From positions 1-41,854 of the IMG/VR virus record IMGVR_UViG_3300035135_000663: a stretch of 41,854 nucleotides of DNA; one strand, given 5' to 3'. This document shows, in pieces, positions 41,454-41,854 of the stretch. How positions within the stretch are numbered: the stretch's first letter is position 1; each line of letters starts with the position of its first letter. The DNA is from a virus. Taxonomy: Duplodnaviria; Caudoviricetes. The position numbers and the translations under genes were made by a program. The notes beneath the pieces are model-generated. The model worked only from the letters and a program-made list of their open reading frames with translations. It was not told the origin of the DNA and ran no database searches.

Positions 41454-41854
41454 ATGGCCATCCTTCGCGGAGAGCAAGGTGCGGTCCAGTTTGACGCTGC
41501 TGGTTCTACCAACGCAACTATCGTTGGCACTCGCAGCTGGACACTGAACATCACCAAAGACACGCTGGACGTTACCGATCACGGTGACACCTTCCGTGCA
41601 TTTGTCGGCAGCATGATCAGCGGTTCTGGCACCGTTGAGCTGGTGTACGACCCAGATGCAACCGGTCAGGCTGCATTTATTGAAGACGTGATTACTGCTG
41701 CAGACCCTGCAGACGCCACGTTTGAGCTGTTTACTACCGGCACTACCTCCGGTACTGACAGCGTGAGCTTTGCGGGCATTATCACCAGCATGGATATTGC
41801 ATCCACTGTTGGCGATTTGGTCGTTGCCACCTGCAACTTCGTCACCAGCGGCGC
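41454..41854 (+). CDS. Major tail tube protein (140 aa across the circular join, ends at 119)
   Basis: MAILRGEQGAVQF...RSWTLNITKDTLDVT..GD..R.FV.....GSGTVELVYD; siphovirus tube-like pattern, high-expression codon bias. Confidence 0.85.
   Translation, partial: MAILRGEQGAVQFDAAGSTNATIVGTRSWTLNITKDTLDVTDHGDTFRAFVGSMISGSGTVELVYDPDATGQAAFIEDVITAADPADATFELFTTGTTSGTDSVSFAGIITSMDIASTVGDLVVATCNFVTSG
41758..41854. repeat. Terminal direct repeat (right copy)
   Basis: Identical to 1-97. Confidence 0.97.

Noticed and set aside
1-41854. Integrase, tRNA, psbA/hli photosynthesis genes, family A/B DNA polymerase
   Set aside because: Looked for by eye and not found; a tRNAscan/HMM run is needed to confirm absence

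Overview
The window is an apparently complete, circularly permuted dsDNA tailed-phage genome of 41,757 bp; bases 1-97 equal 41758-41854, an assembly overlap. It has a lambda-like long non-contractile tail (tape measure plus M/L/K/I/J-type tail tip) and looks like a siphovirus of marine picocyanobacteria (host inferred from the small-gene repertoire, not proven). Layout: terminase, a cluster of tiny basic proteins, a displaced tail-tube gene, portal, scaffold, capsid, neck and tail (39.3 kb round to 14.7 kb, +); several fibre/chaperone pairs (14.8-21.9 kb); an envelope/lysis region with a small beta-barrel OMP, an inverted block of exported proteins and a C39-like lysin (22-26.7 kb); dCTP deaminase and an NblA-like gene; replication and regulation (27.4-34.5 kb); small early genes on the - strand (34.5-38.5 kb). 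I saw no integrase, standalone DNA polymerase, tRNA or CRISPR array. The strongest candidate for an undescribed system is a plasmid-like replication-control module at 28.6-32.4 kb with three parts. (i) A ~205-bp dyad-symmetric origin candidate of eight TGTCCCC iterons overlapping the end of a PrimPol-helicase gene. (ii) A predicted ~64-nt antisense RNA with its own sigma70 promoter and terminator, opposite the primase leader. (iii) A ParB/DGQHR-like plus ribbon-helix-helix operon whose promoter sits in a 10-bp-phased inverted repeat array. Other highlights: paired CCGUG-loop hairpins with identical 21-nt spacing at the scaffold and capsid starts, a probable +1 (not -1) tail-chaperone frameshift, and a TAnnnT element ~30 nt before many genes. 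All protein calls come from motif recognition by eye; no database search was run.
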